DNA of 64,000 nt. It comes from Octopus vulgaris. Its lineage: Eukaryota. Positions 13,138 through 26,500 of the stretch are shown in pieces. The translations under genes were made by a program, and so were the position numbers. Under the pieces are notes generated by a model, which saw nothing but the letters and a program-made list of their open reading frames with translations, did no database searches and was not told where the DNA came from. Numbering within the stretch: position 1 is the first letter of the stretch; every line of letters begins with the position of its first letter. The stretch lies in contig OX597826.1 of the NCBI GenBank assembly GCA_951406725.2, forward strand, positions 33,294,001 to 33,358,000, written 5' to 3'.

Positions 13138-13343
13138 ATAAAGTGATGGTTTGTTGCCAACTTAATGTGGCAGTCCCAGGAAAGGGAAGAATGCTACTGT
13201 TATTTAGCCCCAAGAAACACAGTTTCTAGAATGCTTGTGTCAAATAGCCAACTAGAAACGGTGTTTCTTGAGGCTAAACAACAGTAGCATTCTTCTCTTT
13301 CCTGGCACTGTCACATTAAGTTGGCAACAAACCATCACTTTAT
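13138..13343. repeat. Inverted repeat, 92-bp arms (13138-13229 / 13252-13343)
   Basis: ATAAAGTGATGGTTTGTTGCCAACTTAATGTG...TTTCTAG against its reverse complement, ~22-nt spacer. Confidence 0.9.
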
Positions 13344-13375
13344 CATGATGCTACTGTATAAGTCTCTCTGAGACA

Positions 13376-13648
13376 CAGTTCTATATTTAATAACTGTGTC
13401 TTAACCACTATGCCATATGCCCATGGGCATCTGGTGTAGTGGTTAAGAACACAGGCTACTAACACCAAGATTCCGAGTTCGATTCCAGACAGTGACCTGA
13501 ATAATAATAACAATAATAATAATCAACATCATCATCATCATCATCATCGTTTAACGTCCGCTTTCCATGCTAGCATGGGTTGGATGGTTCGACTGGGGTC
13601 TGGGAAGCCAGGAGTCTGCACCAGGCCCAAATAATAATGATAATAATC

Positions 13649-13681
<33 letters not shown>

Positions 13682-13822
13682 TCGAAAATATCTTAGGAAT
13701 GAGAACCCAGGTTCGAAATTTCCCCAAGATACCTGATGAAGGCTGGAGGGTATATCAGCCAAAAATTGTGTTAACAAACAAGATGAGGACAAATATCTGT
13801 CAAATGTAAATAATGTAAATAA
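13376..13822 (+). mobile_element. tRNA-head + (AAT)n + hammerhead element with 13-bp TSD; nested RTE 3' end at ~13527-13630
   Basis: TSD TCTCTCTGAGACA at 13363-13375 and 13823-13835; A-box TGGTGTAGTGG, B-box GAGTTCGATTCC; CTGATGA at 13733. Confidence 0.8.
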
Positions 13823-14001
13823 TCTCTCTGAGACATTTAGAAATGCAGTATTTCTAATATTGACAATAACTGATATAAAATAATTCTTTTTAATTTTAGC
13901 TAGAGCTGCATAATTTTTGTATTACTAATTACTTTATAAAGTTGTAGAGGGTGCATTCTCTTGTGGCATTATAGTATTAGAAATATTAATAAATTAAAAT
14001 G

Positions 14002-14185
14002 AGCTTTACATATCACAGCTAAGCAGAGGTTTATTACAAGTTTAAATCAAGCTTACATTTCACAGCTTAGGTGGGATTTATTACGTGTTTAAATGTGGCC
14101 TACATCTCACAGCTAACTAGGGATCGATTACCCAGTTGAAACGGGCCTATATTTCATATCTGGCCCTGGTTTATTACGTGTCTTG
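14002..14185. repeat. Degenerate ~47-bp minisatellite, ~4 units
   Basis: Recurring GC(T/C)TACAT.TCACAGCT...TTTATTAC..GTTTAAA. Confidence 0.65.
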
Positions 14186-14395
14186 CATAAGTGTTTGTGT
14201 GTGTGTGTGTGTTTGAGTTTGTGTGTGTATGTGTGTGTGTTTGAGTTTGTGTGTGTGTATGTATGTTTGTAAATAATGTAACAATAGTTTAATACTAAAT
14301 AGTTTACAGAGAAAAGCAAGTTAGAGACTGGCATTGATTTTAATTGTTATCATTATTGATGTTGTCGCTGCTGCTGATTGTCTTAACAAGCCAGC

Positions 14396-14555
14396 GATGA
14401 TGATGATAGTGGTGGTGGTGGCGGAGATGATGGTGGCGATGGTGGTGGTGGTGGTGGTTGCTTGTTGTTGCTAGGCTACTCATTATTTCCTTCCAAATCA
14501 GTCCCAATTAAGAAGCAAACACTCCTGAGGTTAAAAGTTATTATCTCTGATTGTG

Positions 14556-14604
<49 letters not shown>

Positions 14605-14861
14605 AATGATGGCGATGATGGTGGTGATGCTGTGGACAATGGCGATGGTGGTGATGGGGGGTGATGGAGGTGACGGCAATATAGATGACAACGAGAACGA
14701 TGATGATGGTGATGCTAATGATGATGATGACGATACCAATGACAATGATTATGATGACAGCAAAGATGATGACAACGTCGATGATGATGACAATGATGAC
14801 GACAATGATGAGGATGACAGTGACAATGATTATGATGATGATAATGATGACGACAACGACA

Positions 14862-14898
<37 letters not shown>

Positions 14899-15120
14899 CA
14901 ATGATGATGACGATGAGCGACAATGACAGAGATGATGGCTGATGACGACAGCGAGGACAGTGATAAATTATGATGGTTATGGTAGTTGTGTTAGTGGTAG
15001 TGTTGGTGATAATCACAACAGATGATGATGCTGATGATGATGGTGAGAACAAGGAAGAGGAAGAGTATGGAGGAGTGGACGATGGTGGTGGTTGTAGTTC
15101 TTATTGCTAGTGGTGGTGTT
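14396..15120. repeat. (GAT/GAC/GGT)n low-complexity tract
   Basis: Direct reading. Confidence 0.95.
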
Positions 15121-15531
15121 GACAAATACATAATCTAATCACCACCCCCACCGCTCCATCCACCCCGCACCCCCCGCCTCCACAGGCCACTTCCTCCACC
15201 CACCGTTACATCATAATCATTGCCAGATTGATGCACATCGAATGCAATAAATCGGGAGGTTGTTACACATCTCGATGATGATGATGATGATAACGTTGGT
15301 TGTCATGGTGTTTATTTCTTTTTCCACCGTTTGTTATTGATTGTCTGGGGACCATACTCCCGTCTCAGCCCTGCCTGAACACCACCACCTCCCAGTCTGA
15401 CTCAGCTGGTCAGTGACTCCACTGGTTCACACCTGAAATCAACACCTGTTCTGTGTGTGTCCATTGAATGATTGTGTGTAGGTGTGTGTGTGTGTGTATG
15501 TGGCAATGGCTATTGTATACGTTTATGTGTC

Positions 15532-15564
<33 letters not shown>

Positions 15565-16065
15565 GTGTATGTATGTGTGTGTATGTATGTGTGTGTGTGT
15601 GTGTTTGTGTGTGTTATGGCAGCCACAAGTAACACAGAGACACAGCTCTCCTGTTCCTTCCACCTCTTAATAGCATTATCTTCTTCTCCTCCCTCCACTT
15701 GTAGCTAACACTAATGCATCAAACTCTCTCTCTCTCTCTCTCTCTCTCTTCCTCTCTCTCTCTCTCTCTCTCTCCCTTTATATTCATTCTATCTCGCTCC
15801 ACTTTATTACTCACACACATTATCATTCCTTAACCACATCCACCCTTCTGAGACCCCACCTCCCTCCTTCGCCTGTTTTTTTCATTTTGCACGTGGGTGG
15901 GGGATAACTGTTGGTAGTGATTATACACACATACACACATTATATATGTACACACACATGCGCATATACACACATACATACACATATATATATACATACA
16001 TTATATATATATGTGTGTGTGTGTGTGTATGTTTGTGTGTGTGTGTGTGTGTGTGTATACATTTA

Positions 16066-16500
16066 AGGCGCAAGAGTGGCTGTGTAGCAAGAAGCTTGCT
16101 TACCAACCACTTGGTTCCGGGTTCAGCCCCACTGCATGGCACCTTGGACAAGTATCTTCTACTATAGTTTTGGGCCGACCAAAGCCTTGTGAGTGGATTT
16201 GGTTGATGGAATCTGAAAGAAGCCTGTCGTGTATATACATATATATATATATATATAAATAATTATGTATGTATGTGTGTGTGTGTGTGTGTTATTTGTG
16301 TCTGTGTTTGTCCTTGCCACCATCGCTTGACAACCGATGTTGGTGTGTTTACTTCGCTGTAATTTAGCAGTCCGGCAAAAGAGAACGATAGAATAATTAC
16401 TAGGCTTACAAAAAAGTCCTGGGGTCAATTTATTCAACTAAAGGTGGTGCTCCAGCATGGCCGCAGTCAAATGACTGAAACAAGTAAAAGAATAAATGAA
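16066..16500 (+). mobile_element. tRNA-derived SINE family A with internal (TA)/(TG) microsatellite
   Basis: TGGCTGTGT.G A-box, GGTTCAG.CCC B-box, CACCTTGG.CAAGT core, tail CTCCAGCATGGCCGCAGTCAAATGACTGAAACAAGTAAAAGA. Confidence 0.85.
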
Positions 16501-17709
16501 TATATATATACATATATATATGCACACACATGCACATACACACACACACGCACACACATATATATATACATACATTATACCTTTATATATATATATGATA
16601 GATTTATATACACACACACGCACACATATTCACACGCATACACACACAGCTTCAGTAGCTTTCTCCCTTATGATCCCCTCACCCTGTTAGACAAATTCTC
16701 ATCAATACCCTGTCTTCACCTTGTTGTATACCCCACTCCACCTATCCTTGTTTTCTCTCACCCACCACCCATCACCGGTTTCTGTCACTCCCACCTCTTC
16801 CAGTAACACACCCCTACCTCCACCTCCTGTCCTCTATCCATTGTGGTCGCAGTCTCCCCCACCCTACTGCTTGCCACCCCATCCATCCCCACCCCCACGC
16901 CCACCCACGCCACCCAGGGTAAACTCAGGTAATCATTCACCTAATCCATGCACTGACATTGTATAAACACTAGCAACCCAAACAGGTGTCCTCACTTCCT
17001 GTCACAACTGCTTTTACCTGAATGTGCACATGTGCGTGTGTGTGTGTGTGTGTGCGTGTGTTTGTGTGTGTGTTTGTGTGTGTGTATTGTTGTGTATTTG
17101 TTGATGCGTATAGACTTACGTTGAAGCGTATCAGCACCCATGTAGATGTGTGTATGTGCGCATATATCGCATGTGCGTGTGTGTCAATGTTGTGTGTGTG
17201 TGTGCATATATCATATGTGTGCGTGTGTTTGAGTATTTGCTTTGATGTGTGTGTGCATGTGTGTCTGTGTGCGTATTAATGTGTATTTGTGCAAGCATCA
17301 GTGAGTGTATCTGTTGATGCGTGTACACTTACATTGATGCGTATCATTGATGTGTATGCGTGCATGTATCGTGTGTACGTGTGAGTGTGTGTGTGTGAGT
17401 AAATGAGTTGGTGCATGTGAGTGTGTATGTGCTAGTATCAACAAGTGTGTATGCATGTGTGTGTGACTATATGAGTTGATGCATGTGTGTATGTACATGT
17501 GTGTGCATGTGTGCGTTTGTGTGTGTCTTCATATGCATGTGTGTGTGCATGTGTGTGTGTGGAAGTGTTTATGCATGTGTGGATGTGTATGAGTGTATAT
17601 GTGAATAAGTGTGGAGTCATCGTACTGTATGTGTATATCTGAATATGTGTGTATAACAACAACAACAACACATCAGTCCTACCCTCTTCTATTGTTTTTG
17701 TATAATATG

Positions 17710-17942
17710 CTTATTTCTTTATTGCCAACAAAGGGTTAAACATAGAGGGGACAAACAAGGACAGACAAAGGGATTAAGTCGGTTACATTGACCCCGGTGC
17801 ATAACTGGTACTTATTTAATCAACCTTGAAAGGATGAAAGGCAATGTCGACCTTGGCTGAATTTGAACTCAGGATGTAGTGGCAGATGAAATACAGCTAA
17901 GCATTTCACCCAGCATGCTAATGATTCTGCCAGCTCACTGTC
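17710..17942 (-). mobile_element. SINE family B, full length
   Basis: Reverse complement of 23270-23497 and 35645-35878. Confidence 0.85.
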
Positions 17943-18099
17943 CTTGTTTTGTATAATATATTGAGTATATACGCAGTGGGTAGGCCAAACCGTTATCATG
18001 CCAGGCAAAATATGCAGCAGCACTTTGTCCATATATGTATATATACATATGTATACATATATATATGCATATATATATGTATATGTATGTATATATATG

Positions 18100-18138
<39 letters not shown>

Positions 18139-18178
18139 GTATGTATATATATATGTGTTATATATATATTATATATGT

Positions 18179-18775
18179 ATATACTTTATCAATAAAGCTG
18201 GAAAGACATCGCAAAAATTGTTACTCAGAGTTTCATGTTCCTGTTTGTTGGACAGTTTTGGTTGAGAATAGAACAAAAATAAGGTTACATGTACAATTGC
18301 AGCGTGGAAGGTGTTTATAAGCCATTTAAGAAACACACAAAAGCCGTTCGATTCACTTCAACATTTAAGTTTAATTTGTCAAAATATTTTCGTCGCTATA
18401 AGACCGCGACCTGTTCACTGACAAAAATCCGTGCTGCATCTCTTGCTATGCAGGTACATCTCCATAAAAGGTTACATGCATAAATATACAATTACATTGA
18501 TAAATACACATTTGAAATTGGTTTTGTTTCATTGGTCCTTTCAACTGACAGTCTTTTCAATAACTGGTTATATGAAATTAAAATTACGATTTAAATTATA
18601 TTATTTTAAATCATGATAATTTTTTTGTTGTATTCTCAACGAAAACTGTCTGTTACTCTGAGTAACAGCTTTTGTGAAGTCTTTGCAGCTTTATTAACAA
18701 AGTATATTTCCCTACCTCCGGTATTCAAGTACTATTTCTCTCACATTGCTTGACATTCATGTGCTTACTCTGGTA
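18179..18775. mobile_element. Degenerate inverted-repeat element with a nested second element (~18292-18467)
   Basis: Arms 18179-18231 / 18655-18707 and inner arms ~18254-18280 / 18621-18650; nested part matches 61091-61230. Confidence 0.7.
18375..18425 (-). ncRNA. Minimal type-I hammerhead-like ribozyme, G3-C8 core variant
   Basis: TTTGTCA-GTGAACA-G-GTCGC-GGTCTTATA-GCGAC-GAAAA-TA-TTT-TGACAAA. Confidence 0.65.
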
Positions 18776-18954
18776 TATATATATATGTGTGTATTTATAT
18801 ACATATATTAATGTTTGATCTGTTATGAGATTTTTAGAATAATAATTATAAGATATTAATTTCTATGTAGTTATTATAGATAATATCTTTTCCCTATTGA
18901 TTGAATAACTAAATAGCAGTTTGTCTCTAATTTCTGTTTATATATATAAATATA

Positions 18955-19014
<60 letters not shown>

Positions 19015-19042
19015 CATATATATATATACATATACACTCACA

Positions 19043-19081
<39 letters not shown>

Positions 19082-19084
<3 letters not shown>

Positions 19085-19257
19085 AATGTCAAATGATGAA
19101 AATTATTGCTCAGCACTGCATTGGTGGGTAGAATGTGTGTATTAAGGCTACCATTGGTTTCATATTTAGGAAAATTTGAAAAATATCTTAATATCTCAAC
19201 AATTTTTCAAGCTGATCACACAGAGGAATGGTGTTCATCTCCATTTTGGATAAAAGA
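19082..19257. repeat. Dispersed repeat, second copy at ~21549-21724
   Basis: Shared GTAAATGTCAAA...ATTAAGGCTACCATT.GTTTCAT...ACAATTTTTCAAGC...GAGGAATG.TGTT...TTTGGAT. Confidence 0.7.
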
Positions 19258-20354
19258 CACACACACACACACGTGTGTGTGTGTGTGTGTGTGTGTGTAT
19301 GCATGTAGGCACTTTTGAGTTGAAGTTACAGCAATACAATAATCTTCACGGTGATTTATTGAAATAATAGAAAAACTCTTTTGACCTGTTGATTGATTTC
19401 AAGAGTTTGTCTTATTTCTGCTTCTCTTTTATTCTCTTAATCATTGCAGACAAAAACGAACTGGAAATATTATTACATTGTTCTAGATATTCTTTAATGT
19501 TCTGAGTGCTATCCAAAGCGGAATTTACATTAAGCTTTTTGGATGCAGCAGACAAGCAAAAAGAGTTAATGTTTTTACTGGAAATGAAGTTAGTTTTAAT
19601 TTACAATACCTCAACTGTAGTTCTTGCCCAAATTCAATTTCCTACATCTAATGGATGTGTAAACATATCTGCAGTATATATCTTGCATTGAAAGATTACC
19701 TCACACCCTATAATGGCATATAATTGTATTCTTTTGCACAATTTTCTAAATCGAATGTATCTGAGAAAGATTTTCAGAAAATGACTTTTAGCGAAACATT
19801 TGATATTGTAAAAGCTTTAAACAGCAATGTGAGTTTCGTTAATGTAATCATTACGCCTATTATGTAATGTCCTTCAGCGTTCTTGATAACACATTACAGC
19901 AAGACAGCCGTTTGAATTATTTGTGTTCTTGCACTGACCCCGGTTCGTTGTAAAATGCCATTTCAAATCAGTTACCCAAATCCATTTGGAATCTGTCTCA
20001 TGTTTGTCTTTTAAACCAACATCATCGCTGAACAACCAAAAATCAGGAGATTTAAATTGGACGTTCAACGTTTAACAAATACAGTTATGTATTTCTGTAG
20101 CTTGCCTTTCATGTTAGTTCAAAGCAACCATTAGCATACTAAGCAATTTAATTATGTAACATCATTGAGTGGTTTAATTAGATCTCTGTGGAGCAAGCAA
20201 GCTATATGAATATTCTATCCAAGAGAAGCTCTCTCTCTCTCTGTTTCTCTCTCTCTTTCCTTCTTTCTTATTACTAACTGCTACAAGAACTGGAGATGAA
20301 AACAAGCCCAGTGGACAATCCTTGTGATCCATGAAAGAACCGGAAGTAGTACAA

Positions 20355-20780
20355 GTGCAGGCATGTGGTAACAAGTTTGCTTCCCAGCCACATGATTCTG
20401 GGTTCAATCCCACGGTGTGATACCATAGACAAATTTCTCCTACTATAGCCTGTGGCTGACCAAAGCCTTGTGAGTGGATTTATTAAGCTGAATCTGAAAG
20501 AAGCCTGTTGTCTATGTGTGTGTGTGTTTATGTGTGTGCGTGTGAGTGTCTATGTGTGTGTGTGTATTTGTGCCTGCTTGCCTCTACCACTGCTTGACAA
20601 CCGGCGTTGGTGTGTTTACATCCCCATAACTTAGTGGCTCAGCAAAGGAGACCAGTAGAATGAGTACCAGGTTAAAAGAAAAAAGAGTACTGGGGTTGGA
20701 TCATTCAACTAAAAGTTCTTCAAGGTGGTGCCCCAGCATGGCCACAGTCTAATGACTGAAACAAGTAGAAAATAAAAGAT
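20355..20780 (+). mobile_element. SINE family A
   Basis: Same head, internal microsatellite and tail as 16066. Confidence 0.8.
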
Positions 20781-22119
20781 TAAAGATTAAAGTGTTATCA
20801 ACTGAGGTTTGGTGGAATTCTTAGGGTGTCGGACAAAACTCCTTAAAGTGATTGGTTTGTTTCTTTCTGAAACGGGTTCAAATCCTACCAAAGACAGTTT
20901 CTTTTTCTCCTTTCCGTGTCCTTAAAATGAAGAAATAGACCGTGGTGGAATGGAGAGGCAGAATGTTTTGAAAGTCAGATGAGGTACATTGAGGTACTTG
21001 TTTTGCTTTGGTCTAAATTGAGCTCAAAGCCCTGGTAGCACAGAAAATGTGCCCAGTACCTGCTGTAAAGGGCTTGGCAGTAAGATGTTAAATGATGACG
21101 ATGATGACTAAGGTGACAGCAGTAGCAGTGGTGGTAGTGGTGGTGGCGGTGGCACCAGCAACAATGGCATATATACTCCTCTTCCTCTTCCTCTTCATCA
21201 TCAATTAATGTCTGTGCTCCTGACAGGATCTGACGGGTCCAAGAACAACATCATGCTCTAGGTCCCGCTTTGGCAGGGTTTCTATGAGTCAATGCCCTTC
21301 CTAGCATTTAACCAGTTTACAGCATGTACTGGGTACATTTTCCATATCAACAGCACTTGTGAGACCACCATGCAGTTTGCAAGACTATGAACCCCAGGGT
21401 AGGACAGGGACAATTTTTTGTAAGGAAATCAACAGTAAAAGATGGATGAAAGTGTGAGAGAAGGGGCCAAAGCAGAACAGACTTCTTATTGTAGAAGATT
21501 TTACATACATCCACACAATGATATATCTACACACACACACATACACACGTAAATGTCAAACAATGGGAACCCATGCACAACACAGCATTGGTAGTTAAAG
21601 TTTCTTTATTTGTGCATTAAGGCTACCATTAGTTTCATGTAAAGAAAAACAGCTTAATATCATAACAATTTTTCAAGCCAGTCACATTGAGGAATGATGT
21701 TTGTTTTCATTTTGGATGAAAAGAAAAAAAAAAAATATATATATATATACAGGCATGTCTCAAATTTCATCGATAATTGATTCCAAGATATGTGATTTAA
21801 CTCAAAAAATGGCATAAGACGGAAAACTGCTTTAAAACATTATTATCTTGTATCTGTTTTAATAATCACTTGTATATATTTTCACATGTGTTTCAGTTGA
21901 TTTGCCACTTTGGTATTGGTTTTTAGATGTTTATTTTAATTTTTATACTTTTAAAATATTCACTGCGACTGACATAATGTTGGATAAATTGACTGAAGCT
22001 GAGAATATTTTTCCATTAATTTCTTTCAAAAAATACAATGGAGAATCAATAAAAATGTAACTCGAAACAATATAAGCTGAGCTTTGCCTGTGTATATTGT
22101 TCCTGATATTTGTGTATGT

Positions 22120-22345
22120 AAGGGTAGCCAACTGGCAGAACCCTTAGCAACCATTAACATTCTAAGCAAAATGCTTAGTGGCATATCGTCTGTCTTTACC
22201 TTCTGAGTTCAAATTCCACCAAGGACAAATGTGTCTTTTATCCTTTTGAGGTTGATAAAATAAGTACCAGATGTATACTGGGGTCAATGTTATTGGTTTA
22301 CCCACCACTCCAAAAATTGCTGGCCTTGTTTCAAAGTCTGAAGCT
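22120..22345 (+). mobile_element. SINE family B
   Basis: CTGGCAGAA head, GAGTTCAAATTCC, GATAAAATAAGTACCAG core. Confidence 0.8.
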
Positions 22346-22574
22346 GATATTTGTGAGTCTGTGTATTTTAGAGCTTGTAACATAGGTTTCAAAAGATAGC
22401 TGTAGGTGTGGCTGTGGGGTAAGAAGCTTGCTTCCTAACCACATGGTTCTGGGTTCAGTCCCACTGCATGGCACTTTGGGCATGTGTCTTCTACTATAGC
22501 TTTGGGCCAACCAAAGCCTTGTGAATGGATTTGGTAGATGGAAACTAAAAGAAGCCCATCATATATATTTATAT

Positions 22575-23077
<503 letters not shown>

Positions 23078-23100
23078 ACTCTTTTATAAATCCTTTAGAT

Positions 23101-23186
23101 TAACTCTGATGAGAGAAATATAGATGATTGTTATGGTAGGAATTAATTCGCCCATACCATCCTATATCTTCTCGAAATGGTCATTA
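23101..23186 (+). ncRNA. Hammerhead ribozyme-like fold with extended stem II and a weak stem I
   Basis: TAACT-CTGATGA-GAGAAATATAG...CTATATCTTCTC-GAAAT-G-GTC-ATTA, just after (TA)n. Confidence 0.6.
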
Positions 23187-23269
23187 GACTTTGCACCTGC
23201 TCAAGATTCCCTTTAAAATCATTTTATACCAACTTTCTCATCTATTTGAATTTCCACTATATCCTCATT

Positions 23270-23497
23270 AAAGGCAGCGAGCTGTCAGAATCGTTAGCAC
23301 ACCAGGCAAAATGCCTAGTGGTATTTCATCTGCCGCTACGTTCTGGGTTCAAATTCCACTGAGGTTGACTTTGCCTTTCATCCTTTCGGAGTCGATTAAA
23401 TAAGTACCAGTTAAGCACTGAGGTCGATGTAATTGACTTAATCCGTTTGTCCTTGTTTGTCCCCTCTATGTTTAGCTCCCTGTGGGCAATAAAGAAT
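23270..23497 (+). mobile_element. SINE family B, full length
   Basis: B-box GGGTTCAAATTCC; core GCCTTTCATCCTTTCGGAGTCGATTAAATAAGTACCAG (resembles the MetaSINE/Sauria-type central domain, from memory). Confidence 0.85.
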
Positions 23498-25159
23498 TAC
23501 ATATCCTCATTGATTTTAACACGGTCATACAACCTCACAAGTACATTTATGTATACTTATATATTCATATATATTTATATTATATCTTGTGTATATGAAT
23601 GTACAAATATAATACTGTGGGGCATTCCAATGCTTTGAAATATATTGAGTGAATACGAACACTGACCTTTCAAACTTATTCTCTCTTTCCTGATTTTATA
23701 TATGTATATAATTCATGTGTCTTTGTGTCTGTGTTCCCCACCCCTATCCCACCCCAACACCGGTGTTGGTGTGTTTATGTCTCTGTAGCCTAGCAGTTCA
23801 GCAAAAGAGACTGATAGAATAAGTACTAGGCTTAAGAAATAAGTTCTGAGGTTGATTTGTTCTAGTAAAACCCTTCAAGGCGATGCTCCAGCATGGCCGC
23901 AGTTAAATGACAGAAACAAGTAAAAGAATAATTTTATACATGATGTTGGTTTCAAATTTTGGCACAAGGCCAGAAATTTTAGGGGAGAAGGTAAATTGAT
24001 TTCATGAACCCCACTGCATTACTGGCACTTTATTTCATCGACTTCTATAAGGTTGAAAGGTAAAGTCAGCCTTGACAGAATTTGAACACAGAACGCAAAG
24101 ATTGATGAAGTGCTGTCAAACGTTTTGCCCAACATGCTAAGGGCTCTACCACCTCACTACCCTGGTGCTATACATGATATCAAAATGGTTAAACAAAAGT
24201 TTGAGTAGTTTCTTTGAATTTCTATGTTTAAAAGTGTCTAAATAAAGAATTTCAATTTTGAATGAATTTTATTTTTGTTTGTCTGAAGTTAATTGAATCT
24301 GTGACAACTTGTTAATGTGACACTGACCACTTGATAAATACTTTCTTGTCAGGAATTAACGCAAAAACAATTATTCTCAAATTTTCTTAGAATTCTATTA
24401 GTGGTCCGTTGTTTAGAAGATTTTGAGATTTGGTAAAAACAGATTAGAATTAATTAAAAAGAAAACTTGAATATTTTATATTTGTGATATCAATTAGCAA
24501 TTTTGTTAAGTTGAAGACTTAATTTTGAAGTTGTTTTTCTGGAATTTTGATCTGGAACTTTACACTGAGACTGATATTGAAGTACTTTGGAAGGGATATA
24601 CTACCATTAAAACATACATTGAGTTCATTCTAATTTTAATTATGTTGACAAATTAGTTAAGAATATAGGTAAACCTGAAGTGAGCTATAATCAGTGTGTG
24701 TGCTTATATGCAGTGTGACTGTCCCAAAGTACATCACTCCTATTTTAAAATTTGAACTTTATTACTGAGTCAATGGCTGTCACACTAAAAGATTACAAAT
24801 TATAAATTATATTGAAGACTGAATCAGGCCTGGCAGATTTACCATCAGAAGGAGCATTCTTCTTTTTAATTAACGGAATTTCTATTTGTAAAATTATGCT
24901 TCCTAACCACACGGTTTTGGTTTCAGTCCCACTATTTGGCACTCTGGACAGGCATTTTCGATTTAGCCCCAGGCAGACCAAAGCTTTATGAATGAATATT
25001 GTTCACAAAAAGTTAAAAGAACTTGTCATATATATTATGTCGCTAAAATAAGTACTAGGCTTACAAAGAATAAGTCCTGGGGTCGATTTGCTTGACTAAA
25101 GGCGGTGCTCCAGCATGGCCACAGTCAAATGACTGAAACAAGTAAAAGAGTAAAAGAGC

Positions 25160-25194
<35 letters not shown>

Positions 25195-25202
25195 TATATA
25201 TA

Positions 25203-25610
25203 TACTCTTTTACTTGTTTCAGTCATTTGACTGTGGTCATGCTGGAGCACCGCCTTTTGTTGAGCAAATCAACCCCAGGACTTATTCTTTGGAAGCCTAG
25301 TACTTATTCTATCAGTTTCTTTTGCCAAACTGCTAAGTTACAGAGACGTAAACACACAGCATCGGTTGTCAAGTGATGTTGGTGGGGACAAACACAGACA
25401 CATAAACATATACACATACACATACATATATAAACATATATATATATACATATATATGATGGACTTTCAGTTTCCGCCTACCAAATCCACTCATAAGACT
25501 TTGGTAGGCTCGAGGCTATAGTAGAAGAAACTTGCCCAAGGTGCCACACAGTGGGATTGAGCCTGAAACCATGTGGTTCATAAGCAAGCTACTTACCACA
25601 CAGCCACTCC
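25203..25610 (-). mobile_element. SINE family A, tail-to-tail with a deleted plus-strand copy at ~24895-25160
   Basis: Family A head and tail motifs. Confidence 0.85.
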
Positions 25611-25679
25611 ATGTGTGTATGTATGTGTGTGTGTATGTATGTATATCTGTACATGTGTATATGTGAGTGTGTTAATGGT

Positions 25680-26500
25680 TGTGTCGCCTGGCCTAAATAT
25701 ATCCCATGAGAGTTGTCAATGAGTTTCACTGTCTAAGAAGCAGTGTCATTTATTTCCAGTATTATGCAAAACATGTCTGGCCATGGGAAAACTTTACTTT
25801 GGATGGACATAGACATGGTTTAGTAACAAGAAGGGCATCCAGCTGGGCAAATATCTGCTGCCTCAATAAGCTCCATCCGACCTCTGCAAACATGGAGAAG
25901 AGGACTTTAAGTGATGATGATTATGATGACGATGATGATGTTTGTGATGATGGTGATGATGGTGATGATGATGATGATGATGGTGTTGATGATGATAAAG
26001 ATGATGATGATGTTCCTGATGATGGTGATGATGATAATGATGATGATGATAATGATGATGATGTTCCTGATGATGGTGATGATGATGATGATGATAATGA
26101 TGATGATGGTGGTGATGATGGTGATGATGACGATGATGGTGCTGATGATGATGATGATGATGGTGATGATGACAGAGATAATGATGGTGATGATGATGAT
26201 GATGGTGTTGATGAAGTTCCTGATGATGGTGATGATGACAGTGATGATGATGATGATAATGATGTTCGTAATGATGATGATGATGATGATGGTTATGATG
26301 ATAATGATGTTCGTGATGATAATGAAGTTCGTGATGACAATGATGTTCGTGATGACGGTGATGATGATGTTGATAATGACAATGATAATGATGGTGTTGA
26401 TGATGATGATGATGATGATAATGATGTTCATGATGACGGTGATAATGATGGTGATGATGACGATGATGGGCATGATGATGCTGCTACCACTGACGATGAA
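25680..26500 (+). repeat. RTE-tailed SINE 3' part followed by a ~590-bp degenerate (GAT)n expansion
   Basis: AAGAAGGGCATCCAGC...AACATGGAGAAGAGGAC then GAT-based repeats with recurring GATGTTC(C/G)TGAT units. Confidence 0.75.
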
